Source: Utricularia gibba
Lineage: Eukaryota; Plantae; Magnoliophyta
Assembly (NCBI GenBank): GCA_002189035.1
Contig: NEEC01000017.1
Location: 434,001-498,000, forward strand
Direction of reading: 5' to 3'
Length of the DNA: 64,000 nucleotides
The notes under the pieces were generated by a model. That model had not been told where the DNA came from. It searched no databases and worked only from the letters and a program-made list of their open reading frames with translations. The position numbers and the translations under genes are program-made. This document shows, one piece after another, positions 50,016 to 62,271 of the stretch (position 1 is the first letter of the stretch; the number at the start of each line of letters is the position of its first letter).

Positions 50016-52166
50016 TTAGCAAATATCCTGGTTGTGCCTTATTTTGCGTGAGACTGACCGGCCCATTCGACACCTACGAGACATGAGAGCTTCAAGAAGA
50101 ACTTCCAGTGCAAATTCGAGTGCATTGGCCTGCTCTTCCAATCCTGCAGAACTAAGCTCGGGAATGTGGTGGAGTTCATGAAGGAGACCGATCGCTGCAG
50201 CAGCTGTACAAGTGCGGTCCCAAGATGGTTGTGGTCTGAAAGTTTAAGACAAGGTTGAGGAACTTTCAAACAGGTCCCCTTCATGAGAAGAGGCTATAAA
50301 ATTGGATGCTCAGCAGCTGATTAAAACTAAAACACATGATGCCCGAAACGTCAGTACCTTAGTTTATGCATCACTGATGCGCCTGTGTTCAATGACATGC
50401 AAGAAAGTTCTTGACCCCATAAAATATTTGCTCTATCCTGCAAGGAAATCCAGCTGAGAGAAAATGTTTGAAATTCATGATTTCATTTTTCCAGAAAAAG
50501 CCTCTATCTGTGAATATACACGAGCTTCAATATGCCAAAAAGCAAATCGTTTGCCATCACACCTGCAAACGGTGCAACATTGCAGATGAATTGCTCCATG
50601 TGCCATCAATCAAGATAAAGTGGATCACGTGACTCTCTTTTGCCTGCATACCATTGTGACACAAATTTGGAAGTAAAAATGGAGCAAAGAAAAGGTGAAA
50701 ACAAGAAAAAGCTGAGACCACAAAAGGTAGAGCAGACTATAGGAAGCTTAAATATGGAAAATTGAGAAGAATGAACTGCTACCTCTGGATTCTCACTTAT
50801 TTCATTCAAGAAGCTTACTGCATCAGATACTGTCGCAGCGTTAGTATTTGGATACAGACACCAGACATTGTCTCTCCCTGAAAAGATGCAATTTAAACAT
50901 ACACAGCACTCCAGAGAAAAAAAAAACTTGAGTGACACATGGTGCAGACATATACAATTGTAAGCGCATAACAATTTCAGAATGCTAAGGAAATTCTAGT
51001 GAATCAAGAAAGCCAGAAATGCGCTGTGGGCCGCATACCAGCATGAATGAAGGAATTCCACATCATGTCCTCATGCTCAGCAATGCCATAGAGGCATAGG
51101 CTTGCAGCATCAATGTCAAAAACTTGCCATAACAACTTCCCAGTATTGTTCTGCCTCAAAAAATCCTGAAATAAAAAGAAAGATCAGATACCCTTTTGAT
51201 CTTCAAACGGAATCACCCTAGATCAACTTCTCGGAGCAATGGAGTATGCTCCCGTAAAACTAGTGACATCAACCAAAAAGGCACACCTTTGGATGCATAT
51301 ATAACCAAATGTGCAGTTTTGGCCAGAGAGAACACATATTAATTCTTGAGCACATGCAATCACTCTGAGCAAGCCAGCACTGTGAAAAGGTCGGAGAAGA
51401 GAATACAGGAAATGCTTATGGGAATTAGAATGCGATTCCACGTAAAAATAACATAAAATCCAGAACTACGCCATGTCAGCTTACCCTCTGACATAAATAT
51501 CCTCTACTTCCAAGCAAACGGCAGGCGATTTGTCGAGCTGAGAAGAACTGTAGTTTCTCCTCCGAGCTACTTAAAGAAGCATATTTCTGCCTGTGTTTCT
51601 TGTCTTCTTGGATCTTGAAGACTCCCTGGAATCACCAAGAACGAGAGTTGGGGAAAAAGAACTAAGCAAAGCATACCAATAACAAGAAACAATCTTTCAT
51701 GCATAATATATCACCCATCGCCAAATATCGACATTCAAGTGGCAATCCAACCAAAACTACAGAGGGTAAAAGGCATCGCATTACTGGGGTCCACTCAGAC
51801 CCAATACCAATCTACTAATATCAACAATGAAGACCGAGTTTGGGATTATCACCGTCAGCGTCCCGTGGTTCCCATCAAACGTCATGGGGCATTCATTTGC
51901 TTCTCCAAAAGCTTCAAATCGCGAACGACTTGATCCACCGCGGATGGAACGGGTGAGACGGAGCCCCAAGCTTGCCATTCTTGCAAGCTAATGGGCGCAC
52001 CGGCTTCAGCTTCTGATTCTCTGCCACTCGACATTTTCGAGAAGAAATACCGTGTCCCACGCTTAAATTGAGGGCATTTGCAAGATTTTCGCCGGCGGAA
52101 AACTCGCTGGGGTTTAGGGTTTAACCACGCACCAGAACCCAATGCATTCATCCAACTCATATTCAT
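50016..52166 (-). CDS. DTW-domain protein (tRNA-uridine aminocarboxypropyltransferase, TapT/DTWD2-like); apparent 1-nt frameshift at 51886-51889
   Basis: Spliced frames give YLCQRCWLAQSDCMC, WLYMHPKDFLRQNNTGKLL, WCLYP, FILIDGTWSNS, RPQPSWDRTCTAAA; ends HNQDIC*. The start codon could be downstream (MSSGRE). Confidence 0.85.
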
Positions 52167-55164
52167 CTACCGACAGCTTTGTCCAAAAAAAAAAATATAT
52201 ATATATATATATTTATTTATTTACATATTTATTTATAATATATGAATATTTTTTTCATTACGATTTATTTTTTAAAAGGAGATAAATATTCTGATGATGA
52301 ATGAGAGCCATAGAGGCCTTCCTTTCCCGTCAGAGTTCCGTATCCTATTAAAAGACTATTTTCCGTACGATAAATAGAAAAAATCAACGTGCGTCATTAC
52401 GCCACGTGTACCATCGGATTCCCTGGTCACCATCCTCTAGCTGGATTTAAAAATTAGAATTAATTGAGCATCTAGAACCCACTTTTTCCACTGAACCAAA
52501 TAATAATAATAATATAACCAGTGTTTTGAAGCAAGATTTCAGAGGAATGTGTAAAAATCAACCCATTCCAGAGTTTTATTTGAAATTTGGCCATTCTTTA
52601 TTACTATATGAGAAAAATGGACACCGTAGTGTAAAATTTTAATTTAATATAAGTGTACGGATAAGTATTTTCCTAAATAATCTTTTAATTGTTTTTTAAA
52701 TAATATCTAACCAAATTGATATTTGATTCATAGAATCTATACATATGATTTTGTGTTATTTGTGTGATAAACGTGTTTTTCAATACATATATGATTTATA
52801 AAATATTCGTATAATTTATAATTAGTTTATGTAATTTTTTTCTCAATATGTGAGATTGATTTTTTAATATATATATATATATCAATTTTAATTATATAAC
52901 ATATTTTTTAAAATGTGAATAATTTAAATATATTATTAATTAAACTATTATGAAATGTGACTTATTAATATTAATTAATTGATTTAGGGAGTATTTGATA
53001 TTTGAATATATAAGGTTTATATCAAAGTTTATATATATATATATATATATATTAATCTTATATGACTATAACAATCACATACTCATATTTTGAGTATATA
53101 TGTGGTGTATAAAAATAGATAGAAAGAAGTTAATTATATTTATACTATTCAAATACTTAAATTTCTATTTTTAAATATCAAATATTATACATTATTAAGT
53201 ATATACACTATACTTATAGAGTCTCATATACTTATAGTGTCTCATATGGATTATAATGTTTCATAAGATTGTTTATGATGAAATCTTTCAAGAAAAGATC
53301 ATGTTTGATTTTCTTCTTAAAAAAATTAAACCGTTTTAGAAAAAGGTAGAGAAATTGTGGCATTTCAAGAAGAAAACACGCATTCCTTGGTTCTGAATTT
53401 TCTTTTAACATCAAGTAGGTGTCTCTTTGTGTAAAAAATCACTTCTAAAATATGAGAAGAAACAAACATATGGAATAAATTTAGTTAGGTTTGATTTTGA
53501 AATAATTCTTAAAAGTAATTTTTTTGCAAAAAGGATAAAGATATAAAACCATTCACTATTTTTAATAAAGTATAGAATCTTAATTATTTTATTAAAAAAT
53601 TATTGTGTTATAAATACCTCTATTTGTTTTGTGTTGAAGAGTTTGTTCTTGAATTTATGAATTTGTATATATAATCCTTTGTTTTATCAAAACTAATCTA
53701 TTTTGATCTTAATATTATTATAATGATGAATCATATAAAATACAAATGCAAATATGATATAATATTAATAAAGATATTATTTGATTTATCGAACTTCAGA
53801 TATGAATATGAAAAATTTTAGCATGAAATTTTATTAGTTTTGAAATTAAAAATGATTTATAGTATTGCAAATTAGTTCATTTTTTTAAAAAAATTGAAAA
53901 CTGTTTGAATTTTATTTGCATAATTTTAATAACTTTGAGATATTTTTATTGTAATTTTCTTATTTTATATTAAAAGATTCACTTAAAATCTCAAATCACT
54001 TACATCTGGGACTTGTTAATTTTAAAATTACAAGCGATATGATTGGCGTCTAGGGTTCCGTCCCAATCTCGTGAATCAACCAACTTCTAGAAAGATGGAA
54101 TCTTTTGAATAAAATAATAAAAGTTAGGATTTTGATGGTTTATCCAGAAGGGGGTGCTTGTAAGACTTTTATGTGATCGTCTAGAAGTCGAAGCGTCGAC
54201 AACGATTGTCTACAGTGAATGGCAAGCGAAAAATCGGCTGCCCCACTCTGCATCGGGGCTCTCTTTCTTTGCGGTATATAATGCCCATGGTGGCTGGTTC
54301 TTGGATGTCACCCAAAGCATTTTGCTCCCATTTCTTAAAGCTTGCACCTTTCTCTTTTCCCCCAACTGTTTGCTTGGTTTTTGGAATTGGCTTTCCCTTG
54401 ACGCTGAAGGGTTTTGCTCCCCTGAATATTTTTGGTGGATTGAGCCGGCGGGTTATCGGGATCGTGCGAATCAATACACTTGGTATGCGCCTTCGTCTTC
54501 TGGCATAACGAGTTTTTCATGTTGGTTTATGGTTTTTGGCGTAAGTTGCTTTTTTGCTTGAATATACACGGGGTCTTGAGAAATGGGGTTCAACATCGTG
54601 GTCGTTCTGAATCAGAAATCTCTCTGATTTTCCTCCAGAACTGAGTTTTTGTGGTTTATCTGGGCTCATCGGAGGGTGCATGTTCTTTTGAAGATTCTTC
54701 TTATTCCCCCTTCATTGGCATACGCTATCTCTCATTTGTGGTCCGCCAGAGACTGGAATTGATTCTTCTTAGTTTCCCCACATCGCATTCTGCAATTTTC
54801 GCTTCCAAATAACTTGCTCTGTTCTCGGTGCTTGGATTGGTAGTTAGTTGGGCGGTAGTTCAGGTCAATAACTTCGAGTGCTCCTTCCTTTTCCTTGGTT
54901 AATCAATAGGTTGGTGGTTAGGTGGGCGGTAGTTCAGATCAATAATGACTAACAGTTAGCTGATGTAAGCGCCTTTGTATCATCATATGATGCTTCTTGA
55001 CCGTACCTTGAAATCATCCTGTATTCTAAAGTTGGTGCACCTATCTTCAAGAACGTTGTATGATGCTTTGATTCTGTATTTGTGTTGGTGCATTTTGCTC
55101 TGTTTGTGGTAACCAAATCGCTGACGAGACAATCTGCTTTTTTAACAGGCTTGCTTGTGTTGAG

Positions 55165-55860
55165 ATGGAGCAGTATTTCCAAGCAGGAGAAGCCATGGAA
55201 GCTAGATTTGGCGATGAAGTGAGCTGCTGCAAATCCTTCTCCTCGAAGCTCCAAGAGCCTGAAACCAATCCAACCGAAGGCTTCGAATGCAACATCTGTC
55301 TGGAGCTTGTACAGGATCCTGTGGTTACTTTCTGCGGTCACCTCTATTGCTGGTCATGCATCTACAAATGGATCATCAGGTCCCATGAAAGTCCAGAAAA
55401 TGCAGACGAGCTGAAGCCTCTTTGCCCCGTTTGCAAGGCCCGAGTTTCAGAAAAGACACTAATCCCACTCTACGGCCGTGGTGATGGGATGAGCCCCTCC
55501 AAAACAGACGTTCCAGACATACCCAAACGGCCCTCAAGTCCGTTATCCGTCTCCGGTAATGCCTCCTCCCCGTTCGATCATTTTCACGATCGGAGCTACA
55601 TGAGATCAGAGCAGCCACGACTGAACCCTGCGGCTGCTCCGGCGTTTGATCCTATGATCGGGAACGTGTTCGGTGAGATGGTCTACGCCCGGATGTTCGG
55701 GAATGGCGAGGCGACATTGTACACGTATCCCAACTCGTACCATTACTCGAACGCCGTGACTCCGAGGCAACAACGGCAGATGAACCAGGTGAACAGATCA
55801 CTGAGCAGGCTGTGTTTCTTTCTTTGCTGCTGTACAATCTTCTGTCTTCTTGCGTTCTGA
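55165..55860 (+). CDS. RMA: RING-HC E3 ubiquitin ligase RMA1H1-like, tail-anchored
   Basis: FECNICLE..DPVVTFCGHLYCWSCIYKW..CPVCK..LIPLYGRG..IPKRP; C-terminal SLSRLCFFLCCCTIFCLLAF*. Confidence 0.93.
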   Translation: MEQYFQAGEAMEARFGDEVSCCKSFSSKLQEPETNPTEGFECNICLELVQDPVVTFCGHLYCWSCIYKWIIRSHESPENADELKPLCPVCKARVSEKTLIPLYGRGDGMSPSKTDVPDIPKRPSSPLSVSGNASSPFDHFHDRSYMRSEQPRLNPAAAPAFDPMIGNVFGEMVYARMFGNGEATLYTYPNSYHYSNAVTPRQQRQMNQVNRSLSRLCFFLCCCTIFCLLAF

Positions 55861-56161
55861 TGCATTCATGTTTAATGATTACGTGAATCATCTTATGAGA
55901 ACTCGCCATTTTTGAAAGACTACAGAACCAGTGCACAGATACACCAAACAAATCCCTGAATGCTCCTCTGCAAGCTTCTCTTAGAACCCACACATCAAAA
56001 GACTGTTGAACGTTTTGCATGTGGAAATGTAGCACTCAGCGTTTCTTGGGAAACCGTCCAAATTCCTTTAAAAAAAAGTCCATTCCTTGTCTGTACTTCA
56101 CAATTGATGGGAACATTCAAAGTGGAGTGCAAAGGAGTTCTAGAAGGCCACGTAATAATAA

Positions 56162-56322
56162 TACAAACCTTATGTTTTCTAACATCGTTTCTAGAACTGG
56201 GCCATGGCAGTCTCCGGGTGGCTCCAAGCTCTATATTTGGAGCTTACAAACCTTATGTTTTCTAACAACGTTTCTAGAACTGGGCCATGGCAGTTTCCGG
56301 GTGGCTCCAAGCTCTATATTTG
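56162..56322. repeat. Tandem duplication, period 83 bp, two near-identical copies
   Basis: TACAAACCTTATGTTTTCTAACA..CTAGAACTGGGCCATGGCAG..CCGGGTGGCTCCAAGCTCTATATTTG starts at 56162 and again at 56245, with 2 substitutions. Confidence 0.9.
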
Positions 56323-57072
56323 TGTTGCAGCCTTTGTCTTAATAGAATAAAAAATACACACTAGAGGCGTGACATGTTCCAAACAAATCGGTTTCTGTTT
56401 GGAATGGGATCGAATGGTTTTTTTGAACGGTTGGTTCATAAACTATTGTTCACTATTAATTTTGGTGTCGATTTCGAACCCAAAGTGAATTTTTAAAACT
56501 TGAACCGAATTGAAAATATTGAATTGAAGCAGAATCAGAATAAAATAGTTTTTTTAATAATGATGTTTAATTTTCAAAATGATGTTTAATAAAATTGTCA
56601 TTTTTTTAAAGAATTTTCTAAACTCTCATAATAATGGTTAAGAATATTTAGAAAATTTTCTGAAAATAAATAATATTTTCAAGTATCTATATGAACTATT
56701 AGAAGTATCTAAAAAATATATAGTTATTTTAAATATATTTCCAAACTTACATAATGTATATATTAAGGATGACTAAGATCATTTAAAAATGAAACCAACT
56801 ATTCATTGATTTTGAGTTGGTATGAACCATGATTTTTCTATTCCAAATATCTTGAATCAACTTAAGATTATATGATTCCAATTCGAACACTCACATTCCT
56901 GAATCGAATCGAAACCAGTTCCGGTTCTGATTCGAACATATTACAATTTTAATTCACACACTGAAATGTCTAAGTTTTCCAACAATCTCATGAACTACGA
57001 CAGAGATCAGAATGTAATGAAGTAAGTGGGCATGATGAGTTACTACCTTGAAATTCAAGGTTCGTGGGCATG

Positions 57073-58384
57073 TCATTGTTTACTGGTCAGAGAAAGGAAG
57101 GTGAGAAGTAAGACGACAGCATTGTAGGAAGAATGTATGGCAATGGAAGAGCCCAGCTTTCCAGTCCAACAATAGGCGCATCCGAGAACAAGCCCCACCA
57201 CGAAGAGCTGCAATGATTTCTCACTGGAGAAATGGGCTGCGCTGAAGACGATGGAGCTCAAAACAACCGCCTGAGGCCACCGGAGTTCTGAGATGAGGGA
57301 CTTCAGAAGGAAGCCTCTGTACACCACTTCTTCGAGCAATGGAATGACAATGCAGTAACTGAGCACACAAGCCGTCGCAGAGATTGGGCCGCTTGATAGA
57401 ATCTCACCTAAAGCCTCATTGCTCGGGACCTGTGATTCAGGTTTCATGCCTTGAGGATAAAGGGGTAACGGATTACAGAAAGGAGAAAGTGATGATGATA
57501 CCTTGGCTCCGATAAATCTGCTGCTGAAGAATGATGTAACCAGAACAAGGGATAAAAGAAAGCCAGAGCCCACAACTGACGCAAGCAGTGAGCTTCTTTC
57601 TTCTGAAGACTTGACTGAACATAAGAGATCTCTGAGGTCACAGTGATGCTTCTCTTCGAATTTTAAAAGAAGCAGGAAGATGCTCAGCTCTAAAGTCTGT
57701 GTCCCAAGAATCAAGAACGACTGTGCTGGAAAAAAAGCAACCAGGTAGCCATCAACAATGAGCTTGTGACTGAACTAGTCAATGAATGAAAGCACAGAAG
57801 CGACTGACTATTTCGTACCGTTTGCAGCGGATCGAGTGCCGGTTGATGCAAGATTTTGGATGCAACCGAAAGACTACCAAAACTCAAAGGGACATGGATG
57901 GTGAACACATAAAATCCCAGTGTGCTCCAGACACTTCCAATATCACACTCACCATTTGCTTCCAAAACTGAGAAACTCTGTGAACATCAACAACAAACAG
58001 AAAACATCTTCTCAAAGGCAACATACCCATCATCATCAACTCTACTTCCTTCCTGATTACTTTTTTTTTTGTTTTTTTCAATTTTCTTATTCTATCATAG
58101 CATTCGACAAAATACCCCATACGGTACTACCATTCCCTTCACAAAAACCCTGCACCTTGCACGTAAAAACTCATTAATTTAGAAGCAAGCAACAGTACAC
58201 AAAAAGGAAGATCGATTAAATTCACCTTGCGCGTTTCCGATTTCTCGTCATTTTTGCTGCAAAGGCACTTCATCGAGGAATCCCCGTCGCGAATGAGAAG
58301 ACTTTTCCACTTGTTACCATTTCCGGCGAAGGCGTACGGCACAAGGGAGGAGGGCAATCCGCTGAACGTCAGAGTATTGCTCAT
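57073..58384 (-). CDS. CAAX-protease-like (CPBP/Abi) intramembrane protein, probably plastid-targeted, 4 exons
   Basis: CPBP motifs PLLEEVVYRGFL, FSAAHF and AIHSSYNA; multiple TM segments; Ser-rich N-terminus. Confidence 0.88.
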
Positions 58385-58806
58385 CACCCTTCCAGATGGG
58401 CCCGAATTCCCGTAAACCAGATCGCCTAGGGCTTTATGAACGCCTAAATATTTAATATTTAATCTAAATGCCACGTAATAAATTTCACTTATTTAATTTA
58501 TATACTTCAATTAAATATTCTGTAATTATTCAAATTTCAGACTGGATACTAAATCAAATATCATTTTATTATCAATATCCAATACCAATTAATAAACATA
58601 ATTTCAATATTTAGACAAAATATTCTTATAAGGTCATTATGAAAAGCGATATATTATATGTTAATAGTAGACATCTTACAAACAATTATTCTTTAATTTA
58701 AATACAATATGATTATATATTAAATATCTTATTCTACTATTCGATTCTTATATATAGCGTTTGATGCAAGGGTCGAATTCCATCTCGTTAAGTAATAATC
58801 TTACAA

Positions 58807-60849
58807 ATGCATGCAATGAAACGACGAAGAAATAGCAATGGCCATCTTGCCGGCTTGCCTGATGACGTCATCGAAAACATCCTCTCCTTCTTGCCCATAA
58901 CCAAGGCATACGTCATCTCAAGAAGCTCCCATAGATTCCGACACGTTTGGAAACTCTGTCGCGACGTCTGCTTCGACAAAGTGTTCTACAGAAAAGTTGG
59001 GAATAATGAGGCGATGAGAGGTTTAATCGACAAAATCATCTTTGGGCATTCTGGGAGTTGTCTTCTTCGACGCTTTCATCTCTACTTTGACTTCACAGAA
59101 CACGAAGAAACTGTGAAAAGGTGGATTGAAAGAGTTTTCGCTCTTGGGTTTCAAGAAATCTGTCTGGACTTTTCACCATCTTCAGATCTCTTCCTTCTCG
59201 AGAATGGGGCATTCCCATTTTCGACTACATTGAGGTCTCTGAAGCTAACCAAATGCGTTCCTGTACTGGCGCCTGGTTCGCTCCCAAACCTGCTTCATCT
59301 GACACTGGAACGGATTTTCATCATAGAGGAGGTGATCCAATCGGCTCTTCTGGGCTGCGAATCGCTACAGACTCTTAGATTTGTGAGATGCAAGAGCGAT
59401 GGTAATGCTCATATGCACGCAGAATGGCTGGAGGAGCTGAAGGAAATTGTATTTGAGAAATGCAACTCTCTTGGGTATGGTATCAGCATAGACATTCCTT
59501 CTCTGAAATGGATTCGATTCTTGGGAAACTCCATACATGCCCATGTTCGTCTCTTTGAAATAATGGGTGATAGGGATGCTGTTCGTGAGTGTGCAGCTCA
59601 TCGTGAACGTGTTATTGGCATGCCTATTGCTTCTCATGTTGGGCGTGCTACCAAGCATCTCTTCAAGTTTAATCTTATATCTACTGAGGTAAGCGTCTGT
59701 GACTGCATCTACTCCATTCCACATAAGGTTACGTTTGGAAAACCTAAGAATCATAATGATTTTGGATATAATTGATTCTATATTTTAAACGTATATTAAA
59801 TTATATTTTATGAGAATTATTTCAATTTTATAAAAAGCATGAGATAATAGGTTATCAATGAGAATTGATTTTAAAATTAAAATTACAATTCTACCTTTTT
59901 AATAAATAATGTAATTATTCTAGTTTTTAAATTATAATTTTAATATGTATATAATTAAATTAAAGTAATAACGTAAATTATAATTTAAAAATCATATAAT
60001 ATTTATATAATACAAATGTTATATAAAAATATTTTTAAATTATAAATTTGTAAAATAGTAGTATTAATAAATATGTGATTTATTTATCAAAATCAATTTT
60101 CATTTATGATACTTCAAACATGAATTCATTTTATTCAAACATATATTAATTTTCATTCTATCAGAATTTTCAATTTCACTAAAATTAATTTTTAATGGAT
60201 TTTTCCAAACATACCATAAATCATTCATTTTCACTTATACATTATCTACAGATGCATATTGATGATGCATTCAAGGACATTGGGAATGTTTATGGCAATA
60301 TTGAAGAGTTTCATATCAATACTTTTCCTATTCTCAACATTCGTCATCTACAAGTTCCTATACTTCTCTTACGGTGTCCAATGGTGAAAAGAGTGCACCT
60401 CAATGTACGTACACATTTTGTTTTACAAAATTTCATCATCATAGGAGCGTTTCTCACCTTACAAACATGGCTCTTATCTTGTTATTTGATATCAGCTTGA
60501 ATTGGATTCCAAGAAAAACAATGAAGCTCAGTTACTGCGCTTGAAATGGACATTGAGAATGGTGATGTGTTCAGAGATCAAGTTCTTACGCTTGAACCAA
60601 GTGAAGATATCTGGAGTGGAATCAAATGAAGAACACATGTTGTTGGTTGAGTTCTTTATCTTGATGTCAACCAAGGCATTAGAGAGTTTCATTGTGATCA
60701 AGAAGGGCAGGGGCCATGATGACTCTTTGGAGACCCAACTCAAATGGGCCCGCTTGATGACATTGTCTCCCATTGAGATCCAATTCATTGCTTGTGAGGA
60801 AAGTGCAAAGAGTGGAAAAAGCAAGTTTATGCAACCATCATCACCATAG
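58807..60849 (+). CDS. F-box/LRR/FBD protein, exons 58807-59688, 60252-60404, 60496-60849
   Basis: F-box LAGLPDDVIENILSFLP..SRSSHRFRHVW, LRR-like LRSLKL..LPNLLHLTLERI, FBD-like LNQVKISGVESNEEHMLLVEFFIL. Phase-0 junctions are consistent. Confidence 0.82.
59727..60216. mobile_element. Tourist/PIF-Harbinger-like MITE (~490 bp) in F-box intron 1
   Basis: Left GGTTACGTTTGGAAAACC, right reverse complement TGGTATGTTTGGAAAAATCC, flanked by TAA/TAA. Internal 15/16 inverted repeat at 59857-59872 and 60089-60104. Confidence 0.5.
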
Positions 60850-62271
60850 CTAAATTAATAACATTAAAGTATAATCAGATAATTGACACATGTGAGTGAA
60901 AGAAACAAGTTATGTAAATTTGAATGCTTTGATGGTTTATGTATTCTCTCAATTGTGTTTTCTTCTTGTAAAAAGTGTTGGAAAAAGGGATTGATTGACA
61001 ATGGAACAAAAAATAAAGATTGCATAATAATGTTATTTCACTCAAGAATTCAAAACTTATGCAAAAGCTAAAACACATCTCAACTAGGTATGGTATAATC
61101 AATGAATTTAGGATATGTTATGTATAAATTTTTATATTACATTTTTATTTTACAGAATAAGATTATAATAAATAATCAGAATAAAGATAGTGTTTTATTT
61201 AAATTCTTATTTTTAAAAAATACATTACTTTATACAATACATAAATAAATTCATTCTCATTCATAATAAATTGAGAATGTCAAATAAATAAAGTGTGCAG
61301 AACATGTTCTTAGTACTTGATATTTTACACTCTAATGATACATGGAAATTTGTAACTTTGTTATCAAGCAAGAAACCTATGAAAACAAATAGGTTTTCAT
61401 CAACAAGCTAAATGCAGATGATTCCACCACCAAATATGAGACATATTGGTTGTAAAGGAATACAGTCAAATTGAAGATGTAAAATATGTAGAACATTTTT
61501 CTCCTGTGCAAAAAAGTATAACAATATGACTTTTGTTAGCTCTTTCCATTGTACCAAAATGGAATGTTACAAAGCTTTTAGAATTAAGGACCTTGGCATA
61601 ATCAAATAATATCTTGTATTGAACTTAATTATTCTAAAAAATGGATTTGTTATAGTCTATAAAAACAAATAAAAAATATTATTAAAAATGTCAACCTATA
61701 AGATAGCAAACCAGCTGCAACTCTTTTTGCTACTAAATATCAACAATCCCTGAGGCATATGACAATCACATTTCCATTCACATTGCTCTCAATCCTATCA
61801 TTCATAAACACACTATTGAAAGACAGTTTCAATATTGAATATATCAAACAAAGAGCTGACTTTGACTTATTGGATATATCATATCCAATAGTTTCATAGT
61901 TATCATACTGTGCATAATAAAATTACCAACAGTTTCATTGAGTTTCATCATATTGGGCATACCAAACAGCAAGCTGACTGATAAATGAGTTGGGATTATC
62001 AATTCCATTCATTTCACAATGTGAGGGAGGCATGTTGGAGAAAAAGATTGACTCATGGAACAAAATCCAAAGATTAGATCATGTGCTGTGGAAATAAAGA
62101 GTAGAATTGATTTTGATAATATCTTTCTAGAATGGTAGATTTATCTTCTTTGCTTATGGAAACAGAACAAGCAAAGAGTGTGAAGTTTTGACAATATCTT
62201 ACCATATGATTTTGACAGAAGGTGGATCCATCCAATGCTCCTGTACGATTGAGGAGAATGGTAACACTCCA

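Noticed and set aside
52111-52127. Telomere-like GGGTTTAGGGTTT
   Set aside because: A single telo-box at the 5' end of the DTW gene, not an interstitial telomere array.
52987-53189. 12-bp inverted repeat TATTTGATATTT/AAATATCAAATA suggesting a MITE
   Set aside because: Short match in very AT-rich DNA without a TSD; may be chance.
54154-54561. Overlapping 97-135 aa ORFs upstream of RMA
   Set aside because: Mostly non-ATG starts, no recognisable motifs; best explained as RMA promoter/5'UTR.
56362-56963. GAACCG/GAATCG-rich AT segment resembling an old hAT MITE
   Set aside because: Termini align poorly and no TSD was found.
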